From NCBI GenBank assembly GCA_016906335.1, contig JADEYG010000003.1, positions 372,001 to 436,000 of the forward strand: a stretch of DNA of 64,000 nucleotides, in the 5' to 3' direction. The DNA is from Novakomyces olei (lineage: Eukaryota). The translations under genes were made by a program, and so were the position numbers. How positions within the stretch are numbered: position 1 is the first letter of the stretch; the number at the start of each line of letters is the position of its first letter. Positions 12,073-23,962 of the stretch are shown piece after piece. The notes under the pieces were generated by a model. It saw only the letters and a program-made list of their open reading frames with translations. It searched no databases and was not told the origin of the DNA.

Positions 12073-15000
12073 TCATGTAATAAAGCTGCCGATAAAGTAG
12101 GCGGCCGATACGAGCGTGACAAACGTGTAAACTGCCTCGTTCAGGTAATGATGCCACGTGACGCGTATATTTTTGCTCTGTTCCGTGGGATGTGCAACTC
12201 CAGTAATGGGGTCACGTGTCAAGAGATCCTCCCGATCGGGCATGCTTGGTGGGAATAAGCAATACGTTATCGGCTTAAGCATTGCGCCGATAGCCATAAT
12301 CCACAGGAAAGGCGGCCAACCACCGTGCACGAGCAGGCAAACGCCCTTTTGCCGCAATGGGCTTCCCGGGTAGTTTGTGAAACAGCGGACGGTGGAAAGA
12401 ATAACCGAGGCTAAAACGAAGAGGATATACAACACATGGAACATGACATTGTACCGGAAAAGGAACACGTACATCCTGCGCCAGATATTGGCCCGCCGCT
12501 TCGGGTCGCGTTCGTTCAGTTCGCTCTGCTGTGACCCCGTAGATTTAAACGCGGCATTTGTTCCGCCAAACCAGGAAGGCAGGAAAAAGGCCCGGACGAT
12601 AGCGATTGCGTGGTAAATCGACATCCACAGGGCGGAATAAGATTCGCGTCTGCCTACCAAGTAACCAGAGGGCATAAAGATACAGAATTCGTTGAGCCTG
12701 TTGAGCAGGACAACCGCAAACGCGAGCCAAAGAAGGCGTCGCAATTCGTCTGTGCCCACATAGGCCACCATTGTTCCCCCGGAAATAAGGACAATGGGCA
12801 GAGTAAACAGGGCAGCGGACATGAAAATTGTGAAAAAGGAGGATACGGTGTAGACAAAGCCGGACAGTCTTTGGGAGAAGGTCATGTGCTGAACCAAAGG
12901 CCCAAACAGGCAAAGCCTGAGCTTCAAAGCTGTTTGTATAGTCCCTACTGTCCATCGGCACCGCTGTTTCAAATGACTCGAGAAGGAATCGGGTACGGTT
13001 CCGTACTGTAAGGGCTCCTGCACGTAAGCGGAATAGTAACCGGCTCCGAGGAGCACGGAAGAAGAGCACACATCCTCGGCAAGGGATCCGGTCGGGAAGC
13101 CGCCCGTATCATCCAGCGCTTTGCGTACAACGAGCCATCCACTGCCAGTGTTCCATGCGACCTTCATCCTGTCTTTGATCGTTTCACTGACCCGGACAAA
13201 GTAGTCCAGCGATTGGGAGAGCGGGTCGTTGGGTGGGATATTGTAGAAGAGCTGTGGGGCACAGGCTAACGCCATCTTTTCATTGGCCATCAAGTGTGGG
13301 GCTAAAGCTCGCAGCAGCTCTGGCTCCGGAATCATATCAGCGTCAATGGATCCCACATACTCGGAAGCACCTCCGGGCATCCGCAGTGTCTCCTCCAGCC
13401 CAAAGTTTAGGTTTCCTGCTTTGTAATGGTGCGGGACTCCCGGGATTTTAGTACGCGAATGGTAGGACAAGTTGGGGTACCGTGTAGCCGTCAACCTCTC
13501 GATCACTTGTTTAAGCTCGGGATCCTTGCCGTCGTCCAGGACCATGATTCGGAAGCGGTCCGGTGGGTAGTCCATACTGCACGCGGCCACAACCGTATCA
13601 CGAATGACTTCAATCTCTTCTCCACAGCAGCAGACAAAGAAATCAATAGTGGGGGCTTTGTTGCCCCGCAATCGCAGCTTGGGCCGATTTCGCTTATTAA
13701 GGACGAAAAGGCTAAAGCCCTGGTGCAATAATCCGGGAATGCCCACCATTACTTCAACAACCATAAAGATCCAGGCCATGGGGAAAACACGACTGGCCAC
13801 TTGCTGAGCGTGAATCGTGTAACGTGCACGGTAGGCAATATAAACCCAAAAGGCCGCCTGAGAGAGTACAAGAAAGATGGTAGAAAGCTTGAAAAAGAAC
13901 CGTTTCCAGATCGGCATGTGCTCAATGTCGTCCGAGTCTGCCAGCTTTTCAATAATGTACCCAAAATCGGCCTCTTTCTCGCCTTGCTCCGGAACGTTGC
14001 TTACGTAGAAGGACACGGTCTCCTCACGACCGTGTCCGGCCATTCGGGTGATAAAATTTCGGCGTTTAGGCGCATTCAGGGACTCGACACGGAGCTCATT
14101 GTCTTCAAAGGGCAGCTCGGTCATATCGTACCCGGAAAAATCTTGTTGTTTTTCCAGTAGGGTCGTCGTTACACTCGGCATTCGACTGCTTTTGGCAAAA
14201 CTGATTGCCGACATTTGCCGTTTACCAGCCGCGTTACTACTATGGCTGCTATTGACCACTGAAGGAGCTTTACTAGCAGCCACTGAAGAACGGCTGTCGC
14301 CCACGGAAAGACTGGGCACTGAACTGTTTGTGTCTGATTGTTTTCTCGGAATCGAACCCGCGTCAGTGTCTCCGGCAACGGAAAAACTTGCCGCTGCTGA
14401 GGAGGCAGGCTTTGTGGAATTGCTAGCAGAAGAAGGGCTTAATGGATCAACGTCCGCTTCTTCCGATAGCCGGTGAACACCAGAGCTGGAATCTCCAAAC
14501 GGAGATTTAAAGGGATTCTCACCTGCGCCCACACCAGTGCCATTTGATTTAGTACTAATGCTATTGCTGTCAGCGCTGTCTGTGGTCAATGTCCCTGCAG
14601 CACTATCCAATGCATTTGATACGGAAGACCTTCTCCTTGACGCTACAAATTTAGACAGTCTCCTCACCGGATTAAATCCTTCACCGCCTTCTCCAGAGCT
14701 TTGCCCCGACGAGGATAAGGCTCCAACCTCAGCTGCACTCGACCGTCGGCGGTTAATAGGATTTGCAAAAATATCTTTTGCTGGTGCTCGCTTCGCCACT
14801 GCCCGTCTAGCATCCCATGCATCTGATCCGCGAACGTCAAAGCCACGTGCGTGGAAGGGTGAGTGGGATCTCCGCAGGATCTTTTGCGACTGCCTTTGTG
14901 TACTGCTGCTTCGAGGCGTATAAAACGCGTCTGGACTCAATGCCCGATTATTTAGATTTGTACTGCTCGTCGGCTTCTCTGGAATTGCTCCACTCTCGAC

Positions 15001-15447
15001 GATATTGTTAGCGTCGGTATTATTGTCTGCTGCATTATTGTTTGCAGTATTATTATCTTCTGCGGGAGGAATGCCAGAAATTCTTGAATTTGCAGAATCA
15101 TTGCGCATTAAACGCGTACGCGAATGAGAACGTGAACGCGAAGGAGAAGGCGAGTATCCCCGGATATAAACGTACGCTCGATCTCCATCAAATCGACGTT
15201 GGGATGATTCAGAACGGACGATGATTGGTCGAGGCTGTTTGACCGTACTTGCAGCGGCTTCTAAATCGGCAAATCGCGCTTTTTCGGCCCGGCTTTTACG
15301 TCGGCCGTCGTCGAAATCGGCAGGCAATTCCGGTATTGGGAGAGGCGGCTGTGCCTGTGCTTCGAGGTCGGCCATACGAGGCTTGTCTGCCCGGCTTTGT
15401 CGCCTGTCACCAGGCTCGAAGCCTTGCGGTAATGAGTCTGACGACAT
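12073..15447 (-). CDS. Processive GT2 glycosyltransferase, cellulose-synthase-like (BcsA/fungal CelA type), intronless, 1124 aa
   Basis: LDDG, HYKAGNLN, IDAD, PQLF, SLAED and QRCRW motifs. Two hydrophobic segments precede and several follow the catalytic domain. Confidence 0.92.
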   Translation of the reverse strand: MSSDSLPQGFEPGDRRQSRADKPRMADLEAQAQPPLPIPELPADFDDGRRKSRAEKARFADLEAAASTVKQPRPIIVRSESSQRRFDGDRAYVYIRGYSPSPSRSRSHSRTRLMRNDSANSRISGIPPAEDNNTANNNAADNNTDANNIVESGAIPEKPTSSTNLNNRALSPDAFYTPRSSSTQRQSQKILRRSHSPFHARGFDVRGSDAWDARRAVAKRAPAKDIFANPINRRRSSAAEVGALSSSGQSSGEGGEGFNPVRRLSKFVASRRRSSVSNALDSAAGTLTTDSADSNSISTKSNGTGVGAGENPFKSPFGDSSSGVHRLSEEADVDPLSPSSASNSTKPASSAAASFSVAGDTDAGSIPRKQSDTNSSVPSLSVGDSRSSVAASKAPSVVNSSHSSNAAGKRQMSAISFAKSSRMPSVTTTLLEKQQDFSGYDMTELPFEDNELRVESLNAPKRRNFITRMAGHGREETVSFYVSNVPEQGEKEADFGYIIEKLADSDDIEHMPIWKRFFFKLSTIFLVLSQAAFWVYIAYRARYTIHAQQVASRVFPMAWIFMVVEVMVGIPGLLHQGFSLFVLNKRNRPKLRLRGNKAPTIDFFVCCCGEEIEVIRDTVVAACSMDYPPDRFRIMVLDDGKDPELKQVIERLTATRYPNLSYHSRTKIPGVPHHYKAGNLNFGLEETLRMPGGASEYVGSIDADMIPEPELLRALAPHLMANEKMALACAPQLFYNIPPNDPLSQSLDYFVRVSETIKDRMKVAWNTGSGWLVVRKALDDTGGFPTGSLAEDVCSSSVLLGAGYYSAYVQEPLQYGTVPDSFSSHLKQRCRWTVGTIQTALKLRLCLFGPLVQHMTFSQRLSGFVYTVSSFFTIFMSAALFTLPIVLISGGTMVAYVGTDELRRLLWLAFAVVLLNRLNEFCIFMPSGYLVGRRESYSALWMSIYHAIAIVRAFFLPSWFGGTNAAFKSTGSQQSELNERDPKRRANIWRRMYVFLFRYNVMFHVLYILFVLASVILSTVRCFTNYPGSPLRQKGVCLLVHGGWPPFLWIMAIGAMLKPITYCLFPPSMPDREDLLTRDPITGVAHPTEQSKNIRVTWHHYLNEAVYTFVTLVSAAYFIGSFIT

Positions 15448-17742
15448 TTTTAAAATGCTGTTATAATCCCACCGGTCTGTACTAATTTGTTGTCTGTTAG
15501 TTAATGATTGATTTCCGTGTAGTTTGGTGGACTGAGTGACAGATTAAATCCCAATCATAAATCTGCACTGCTTGGAAATATATAAAGCCCTAAAGCGACT
15601 GTCCTTTTTGTTAATAGACCACCAAACTAATATGAGAACTAGCCGCAGAGGATTCGGATCACTCTGGCTCTTGAGCTTGGGCCGAGCTTTTATAATTGAT
15701 TGCGGACTACGTGAATAACAATGTCATCAACTCCCCAATTGCCACTGCTCTTCAATTGTACTTTCCCTATTAGGCCGCGTGTATTAAATAAATTTGATCA
15801 CTGGATAGAATGGTAAAAGATATCCAGCGCGCAGCGACCGCTTCGGGACAGAGAACAACCATAATACTGTAGCACTTTCCGAAAACTGTCGAAAATACCA
15901 GATACATACGGGGTTTTCATTTTCTGATGATAGCATCACACTATATTGAATAGATAATCACGCCGTTATTGCACTTATCTGCCCGAATGGGTGGGCAAAT
16001 AGGTAATTTTATTTGCGGCACTTTGGTAGTATCCCCATCGGGCATAATCATACTACGTCTAGAACCTGGAGTAAAATCATAGTACTGAAGTCCAAATAGA
16101 GAGTTCCGTGACTAATATTCGGAACAAGATAGAGGGAACGGGTCGAGACCGTTTGACAGGCCCTTTTCTTTTGAACGATCGCCGCAAATGAAATAAACAA
16201 TGTATTTAATTATTTGTTGTTGTCGTTGTTCCTGGTAACGACGTTTGGGATATTTTTAAACCACCCTGCCACTTGCTACAATTCTATAGCCGGCGGAATT
16301 GACGATCATGAAGTCATAAGCTTGGATTTCAGGGTGGACTATAAATGTCATTATAACGTAATCTTGCATGCGTCCGAGTATGGAAATAAAAAAGTAGTAT
16401 ATTAATTTCAGTTCGTAAATTGTAGTATTTCATAAAACAGTGTGATATTCATGTAATATTATACTCGGCTATCATGATTTCGAAATAAGCGGGCTGGTAA
16501 ACGAATGGGGCCCCGTTTGTCGAATGGGGGGGCCTTTGAAGCGGCCATTGAAAGCTAAGGTGTCTCCACTACGATTGAACTTGGGGCATATTAGTTTCCT
16601 CTTGTAAACATGATCGTTAATAGTTGAGACAATACACGACAAGTTTACTCTTGTCGTTATGTTTACAGGTCGCGCTACTGACATCATCCTTACGTAAGCA
16701 AGAATTTCACCCTTCTTATTGCGCTAGCGTGGAGCGTAATTAGCAAATTTAATTATCTGTGTCAATAGTGTCTCAGCAGATACGGAAGCGCGAGGATAAT
16801 CCATAAATACATAGTCGAAATCGTAAGTAACTCTTTAGTGGGATGAAGCGTGTTCTATTGGCCAATCGGATACGTACGAGAAATCATACATACACTATTT
16901 GCTTAATTCTACTATTTTGTGTATGGTCTGTATAGTCTACATTATTATATACACTGGCAAACTGCCGTCCCTCTAAAGCTCAAGGGTCTTCCATATCAAT
17001 GTGCTGGTACTCATGTGAACGTTACCATAATATTACTGTAAGATGGTAGCGCCATAAAGTAGCGGCAAAGCCGATTGCGTAGAAGCAAGCAACATTATGA
17101 AAAAACATATCAATGAGCGGAGTCGCTTTTTGCTCGACTCTAATAATAAAATTGCGTCCACTAGAGACGAATAATTTGCCATAAATGCTTTTGAGCGTTA
17201 CAGCAATTAAGAGTTTGCGTGGTGATTGACAAAAAACATCAATAACGATAAAATCCAGTTCATTACAGTCGCTGTGCAGTCGGCAATTGTTTCGTGAAAT
17301 AAATATCTTGTGTCTCAACACTTGACATTTTCAATTAAGAGCGCCATGGTTCTATCAAAGGGGGTTTGAGCTGTACTAATTAGCCGTACAGCGTGTCTCC
17401 ATCACCAACATCTCGGCTTGAATAATTGTATATCAATTTACTCATTCAAGAATACCGTGTTGCTGCCTCACGTTTATCGCAGAACGACAAGCAGCGTGTT
17501 GACCGGGTGTTCCTAACAATACCCAAATTCCAACAATAAAATATCGGAATAAACATGAACATACTGCCCAAGTAATAAAAACATTTTATTGTAACCGTTA
17601 TCTATATCCTCACTTATGTAAGCTCTTCCTTAGACTGTTTAATCTCAACATTGGTTTACCGCGTTTTTATTTTATCACGATCATCCATAGGTAACGGAGC
17701 TAGGAAGAGCACAACGGGCACGAGATCTCCTTGTTCCCCACC

Positions 17743-19024
17743 ATGAAGCTTCCGCAGTTCTTTGAACTGCGCTCGGGCATCGCCATCCCGTCTATTGGCT
17801 ATGGGACTTGGCGCCTTTTACCTAATATTGCGACAAAGGTATGCTTTATGAAACAAATTAATGTTGATTTGTTTTTATTTTTTTTGTGTGATCTTTTGCC
17901 AAAAGATTTCCGGAACAATTTGCTGACTCTACCTTCTTCGTGTTTGATTAGTGCGTACGTACCGCCCTTGACACGGGCTACCGACATATTGATACCGCCG
18001 ATCACTATGGAAATCAGAAGGAAATTGGACAGGCAATAAAGGAATCCGGCGTTACACGTGATGATATATTTTTAACCTCTAAACTCTGGAGTGATGCGTA
18101 AGCTCAATCCACAAATTATGCGTTTTTTAACGTTTTTAGTCATCGCCCCGAGCTGGTGAAAGAACGGGCCGATGCCTGTATCGAAGAGCTCAAGTCTGAC
18201 TACCTCGATCTGTTTTTGGTAGCCCAATTTTGATTGTTATGATTTTACTGACCTCTATTCATTTTCTTTGATAATTAGCTGCATTATCCTTTTTCATTCA
18301 AGCCTGGGACTTCTGAAATTGAAAATGTCCCGCTGGAAGACGTAAGTGATTAGGAATGAATTTGGTCTTTTTTTTTGTTGGTTGTAGTATTTCATCACAT
18401 TTTCCCCACGCGTTTTTTGGTGAATTAAAAGGCGTAAAAATATATTTTATCACAAGTTTTCATGTCTTCTTTTCTAACTTTAAGACATGGAACGCTATGC
18501 TAGAATTGAAAAAGTCCGGTAAAGTGAAAGCCCTTGGTGTATCAAATTTCGGCCGCAAGGAGCTCAAGCAGCTACGAAAGGCGTTCAAGGCAGAGGAAGA
18601 ATGGCCTGAAGTTCATCAGATGGAGACCCATGCATATTTACCCCAAAATACGTTTGTGGAAGAGAATCAAAGCTGGGGTATTCATGTGACTGCGTATAGT
18701 CCGCTTGCTGATACACATGCGCCATATGACCCGGTGCATACGTCCGGAAAACGTCTTATTGAGATTCCAAAACTTGTCAGTTTTGCTAGAGAGAAAAAAA
18801 TGACCCCGGCACAGTTACTTTTGGCGTATGATATCAGTCGTGGTCTTTCGGTAATTCCCAAGGCAACTACAAAAGCACATATGGAAGAGGATCTTAAAAC
18901 TTTGGATTTCTCTTTGACAGAAAAGGATGCTCTGGCGTTAGAGAACCTCGTATTCGATCATATTGGCCACAAACGCCTCAATGTCTACAAAGTCGACTAC
19001 CCTCTTTTCGAGGATTTGGATTAA
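17743..19024 (+). CDS. Aldo-keto reductase; exons 17743-17838, 17952-18097, 18140-18218, 18279-18341, 18485-19024
   Basis: IGYGTW, GYRHIDTADHYGN, TSKLW, YLDLFLLHYP, LGVSNF, AYSPL and VIPK after splicing. Confidence 0.92.
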
Positions 19025-19981
19025 GACAGAGGCGTTTTTGCTTTTCCGATCGTATTTCAGCTTTAACATTGATGAGTTTAATTTGTAATTTGCTAATGAT
19101 GGCTTTCTCCGCGTAAATTTTCATGGAACTGTTGTTTTGAAGGTATGGTGAGAAAAATAAGATAAAAAAGGTCTCGCTCTTTTTCTTTTTTATATACTTA
19201 AAGTCATGATTTATTTTGGAGCCTTTGGCTGTGTGCATCAATATTCTACTCTCTTTATAAATCTAAAACTTGTATTCTTTGGTTGATCCGAACTTAGAGG
19301 ATCAACAATACGTTATTGCCGCACAGTCCAATTTTCGTTGGAAACAAGCTTTGTACAAGTTCGTTTTGTATCATTAGGACTTATTTTTGCGATATCATGC
19401 GATATCCGTGTCATTCGTCAATGAAATAAATAGAGTATTTTTAATACTGTTTCAAGATTCTCGTAAATGTTTCGGGCCGATACAATTATTGTCATACTGG
19501 CCACACGCGCCGGTAAACTCGTTATTTATCGGACTATTAACCCTAAGCCTCACCCTAATTGTCACGTGACAAGGTAAATTAAAACCCTAATAATTGTGGA
19601 GGAAGTAATTACCATAATCTATATACACAAGACAAGCAGATAGTACGCTCTTTTTATCCTCCTTATAAGAACTCTTTAACATTTCCAAATGTCTTTGCTT
19701 CATAAGATAAAAACCCTCTATATTGTGCCCTTTCTGTTTCTAGTCAACGAAGATCCCTAGATTGCCCTTTCTATACAGTTAAAGACATCCCTCATCATAT
19801 GAATTCACTCTGCCCAAACGAGTAAAAATTGTTCCCAAAAAAACAAAAATACACGGCGGTATTTCAAAATTGCCTTGATCGCAGGACACTGTACATAGTT
19901 GCACTGTAAATCACTCACAATGACTCCGCTGCGGCAGCTCTCGATCTTTTGTTGTTCTTCGTTTTTCTATTCCTTGCGCAA

Positions 19982-21059
19982 ATGCAGCCTTTCCGCCTGC
20001 CATTGTCCGGAATCAGCGCGGATTTTGTTAATCCACAGAGTCTTTGTGAATCATCGTCTTTTACGATGCAAGATGGGAGAGCAAGTCGACTAGAGACATC
20101 GCCGAAGCCGTCCCACACAGATCATGATCAGAATTTTGATCTATTTGCGCAAAAACGTTTTGCTCAAATCAAACCGGACGAGTCTCAATCGTTCCAGCAG
20201 GCGCTTCTAGCCGATGATCAACAATATCAACCGTGGATTTATGGTATTAATCATTTCACTCAGGAACAAGTGCCATGCTTCGACACATTCACCAAAATGC
20301 CTCTGATGGACCCTATTAATTGTCCGGTTAATGAGCCCTCGTTTGATTGTGAAAGTTACACACCTGACCGGTTGGAAAATGTACATGAATATGAAAATTC
20401 CCAATTTCAAAACGATGAAGTCCGCTCAGATTCTTCAGCGAGCAATCCACTTCCGTTACTGCCTTTTCGCGCAGACACCAGTGAAAATCTCGGGGAAAGA
20501 GGGTAATTATTATAAAAATAATACTAAATTTGTTTCCCGTTGCTCGCAATTATAATGATTTGCATCTAAACAGATACATATCCCGCTATTTCATTTTCAA
20601 TTTGCAAATTTTATCCTTCTTTTTCTTTCAAGCATCTTTATATTTAGGCAATTCGGCAATGCTAATCCTAGAACTGCAATTCCAAGCACAAAAGGCTGCG
20701 GCACTGAAGCCCAGTCTTTACGACGCAGCAAGCTTCGGATTAATAAAAGCCTTCAAGACAGTTTGCGTCGACACAATTGCACTCAATGCAATCTTGGATT
20801 TATACGCGAAGAGCATTTAAATCGTCATATAAGCACAGTCCACAAAAACGTTCGTCCGTTCACATGCACCATTGGAATGAAAAAAGCACTGATAAACGGC
20901 GATGTCGTTCCCATTCATGGTTCAAATATTAAAGAAGCCAAAATCGTATTAGCACCGTGTGGGAAAACTTTTTCCAGGATAGACAATTTCAAACAGCATC
21001 AGCAGACAAGTCATGTTCTCAGCAAAAAGTATCGAAGAATAATCCACGAAAGCTCTTGA
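19982..21059 (+). CDS. Two-finger C2H2 transcription factor with Msn2/Seb1/BrlA-type recognition helices; exons 19982-20502, 20672-21059
   Basis: CTQC..FIREEHLNRH...H, linker VRPF, CGKTFSRIDNFKQH. Intron GTAATT...GCTAAT.CCTAG keeps the frame. Confidence 0.82.
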
Positions 21060-21305
21060 TTGGGGACGTTTTGTAAACCGAGTGCAAACTTCACAATTTA
21101 ATCAAAATTGTTCGGCTTTTGCTTGACTGTATTTCATAGATCTTTGGACATTATCAAATTTAATTAGATGTAATAGTATCCTAATCGACAAGAATACATC
21201 TAGTTTCGAATTAGTCATTCCCTTTCGACCAGGCCTGCAATATCAAATCCACAGCATATTGCAAATATAAATATATATATACATATATACAGAATTCAAG
21301 ATTTT

Positions 21306-23749
21306 CTATGTCCCCTTCCCATTATTGACGCGTTCTACGCGCTCTTGTAGATAAATTTCTGCAAATTGCTGAGCCTGTAACAAAACGTTCCATATAGATC
21401 GCACAGGAACCCACGAAATTGCAGGCATTTCATTAAACATTTCAATTCTAGTAGTAAACCCGAGAACGATACCGTGACACCTAGAAGTGTTTTCCAGAAT
21501 AGCCTTGAAAGCGAGTGAGTCCCGTAATTGCGAGTGAAACACAACGTGCTTGCTCTTTTTTGATTTGGAGTAGACTCTTTTAATATTTTTTATAACATTA
21601 TTATTATCGTCGCCAATAATCTCATCGCTCGGCCTCACTGGTCCTTCAGATGTGGACGACTTATCTGTTTCGTCTTCGTCTTCGTCTATCTCGTCATCGT
21701 TATGATAAATCTTTTCTGCGGAAATGATTTGCCATTCGACATTGGCATCTCTTGGCAGTCTTTCAATCTCTGCCACAACTAGATTATCAACCACATCGTT
21801 CAAATACCCTGTAAAATGGGTCCAAGCCGTACAAACGACTGGAGCCATTTCTTTCCCAGTTATAAGGGCGACACCTGCCTTGATTTGTTGGCCATTTACG
21901 GCCTTAAGGATTCGGTAAAGGCTCTGTAAGCTAACACAAACCTCTGCAGATAAATCATCACAGAGTGCGAGTGTAGAGGGTACCATTCCAATTTGACCAG
22001 AGACAAAGCAATGATCCCACGCACAAATCGCTTGTGAATAAGGTCCAATGTTGGCTGGAGCCCAGAAACTACGGCTCTGTACATGGATACCACGTCTCGG
22101 GAATTGCTCTGTACTCCCGTAATTTTGTGTTTGCACTATGCAATGAATTTGTGCTGCTACATTCTTGCTCAAGGCAGTTTGGTAACACGCTCGGGCAGGT
22201 GGAAATGCAAAGGGAAAAAGAGACGCGTAAGTCTCGTTGAGCTTTGCAAAGTCTGTCATATCACGAAGGAGTATTGTTACAAAAATAACGTTTTCCGGAA
22301 CACAGCTGATCTCGGTCAATGACGCTAGCAAATTAGCGGGAGGGCATAGGAAAACAAAATAATTATGATTACAGTTAAAATTAATTAATTTAAATAAAAA
22401 GGTTAATAGCATACCCCTCAACCTTGAAAATGCTGCTTCTAGTGAGGCAGCAGAGAGACTTTTCTCATCGATTGAAATAACATTTTGTTGGACTATGGCG
22501 AGAGAGCCATTGAGAAACATTGGACTCAACTTAATTTCAAATTTTCCCTCATATTTGTTATTCTCAGGAGCCCGTGTCCTTACAGATTGTTCTGCCAAAC
22601 GAAAGGCTTCAATATTATCGACGTCACAAAGACGCACTGACAAATCCTCAAAATCAGATTCAAGCAGTTTGGGAGTGGAAAAGCCGACAGAAAATTGCTG
22701 GGCTGTTTTGGGTTTATTGGGCTTTTCTTCAAGCTTAACAGTAAACGACATGTAGCACGAATCACCACTAGGCTCAGTGATAATTCGTTTTTCGTCGACG
22801 AGAAGGGATTTAACAAAAAGCGGGCAATCGAGGACAAAAGTCTCATATTCGCCACCTTCTCCACAGGGATGCAATCCGAATTTTTGGCTCTACTGGTTAG
22901 TTTTCCGAGAAAAAGGTTTTATCTTCATACTAATTGGAATAAATAATCTCGCATCTCGCCCAATGTCTGGCCTAGATGCTTTCTTGAAAGCCCGATTCCT
23001 GCGACTTTGATAATTATAGCGTTTACGTTTTCCGATAACATCTCGTCTAATAGTTCATGCTGCTCTCGCTGCCACAAGTATGCCAAACTGACCAGTCCAA
23101 GTCTTGAACACACATTTTCCACACGCGTCCTTTGGTAATTTGAAAGAATAGCTCCGACAGAAACCGCATTCACCTCTGGCATTTCATTCTGTACACATTG
23201 TAAGAATACGGATTTTGCAAATATGATATAGATGATTATAGGAAACGGGCATGAAAGGGCAAAACTGATGGCACTAATCATGAAAGAAAAGAAAAAAATC
23301 AATCAGAAAAAAATAAAAATTTAAATAAGGAGAATAAACCAAAAGGCTTTCAATACACTGTGAAATGTTGATTGAATATGTACTACAGACCTTGACCCTC
23401 CGTAACAAATTGTACAAATCCTCGGTCTCATCGTTTTGTGTTTCAGAATACACGAGGTTGCCATTTATTGTTTGCCCTTTTATTTCTGCGCGGTAAAGCG
23501 GTAAACTCATACATTCGCTATAGTACTGCAGAACATCATGACCCACTGTTTGGTACATAAAACTGTCCATCTCGTCTAGGAATTGTATCAGCGCAAATAA
23601 ATATGAAAAGCAGAAAGAGATTAAATACCCTTCTCGCCTTTTGGCGGAGACAAATTAGCCAAAGCTACAATATCATGCCCTTGTGCCACACATTGCATCA
23701 TATTATAGCAGCTATCTTTGCCTCCGCTAACCAGTGCAACCACCTTCAT
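21306..23749 (-). CDS. DPH6: Diphthine-ammonia ligase with C-terminal RidA/YjgF domains; exons 23749-23629, 23575-23391, 23188-22931, 22889-22415, 22324-21306
   Basis: MKVVALVSGGKDS, DSFMYQTVG, GAILSNYQRTRVE, HPCGEGGEYET and HVQSRSFWAPANIGPYSQ. Confidence 0.95.
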
Positions 23750-23800
23750 CGCGATGGTCCCGTACAATCTGCCATTCGTTCAAATCTGTGCAATTAATCT

Positions 23801-23814
23801 ATTTATTTATTTGT

Positions 23815-23877
<63 letters not shown>

Positions 23878-23912
23878 TTAATTTGTTTGTTTAATTAATT
23901 TGTTTATTTGAT
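23801..23912. repeat. (ATTT)n microsatellite with degenerate tail in the DPH6/RIB7 divergent intergenic region
   Basis: Directly visible. Confidence 0.95.
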
Positions 23913-23962
23913 TTATAATATTGGCTAGATGAATATACGACTAGTCTTAATTCAATGTTGCG

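Noticed and set aside
17022..17321. 99-aa ORF and other short ORFs in the GT2/AKR spacer
   Set aside because: Mostly non-ATG starts, no motifs and no splice-joined structure.
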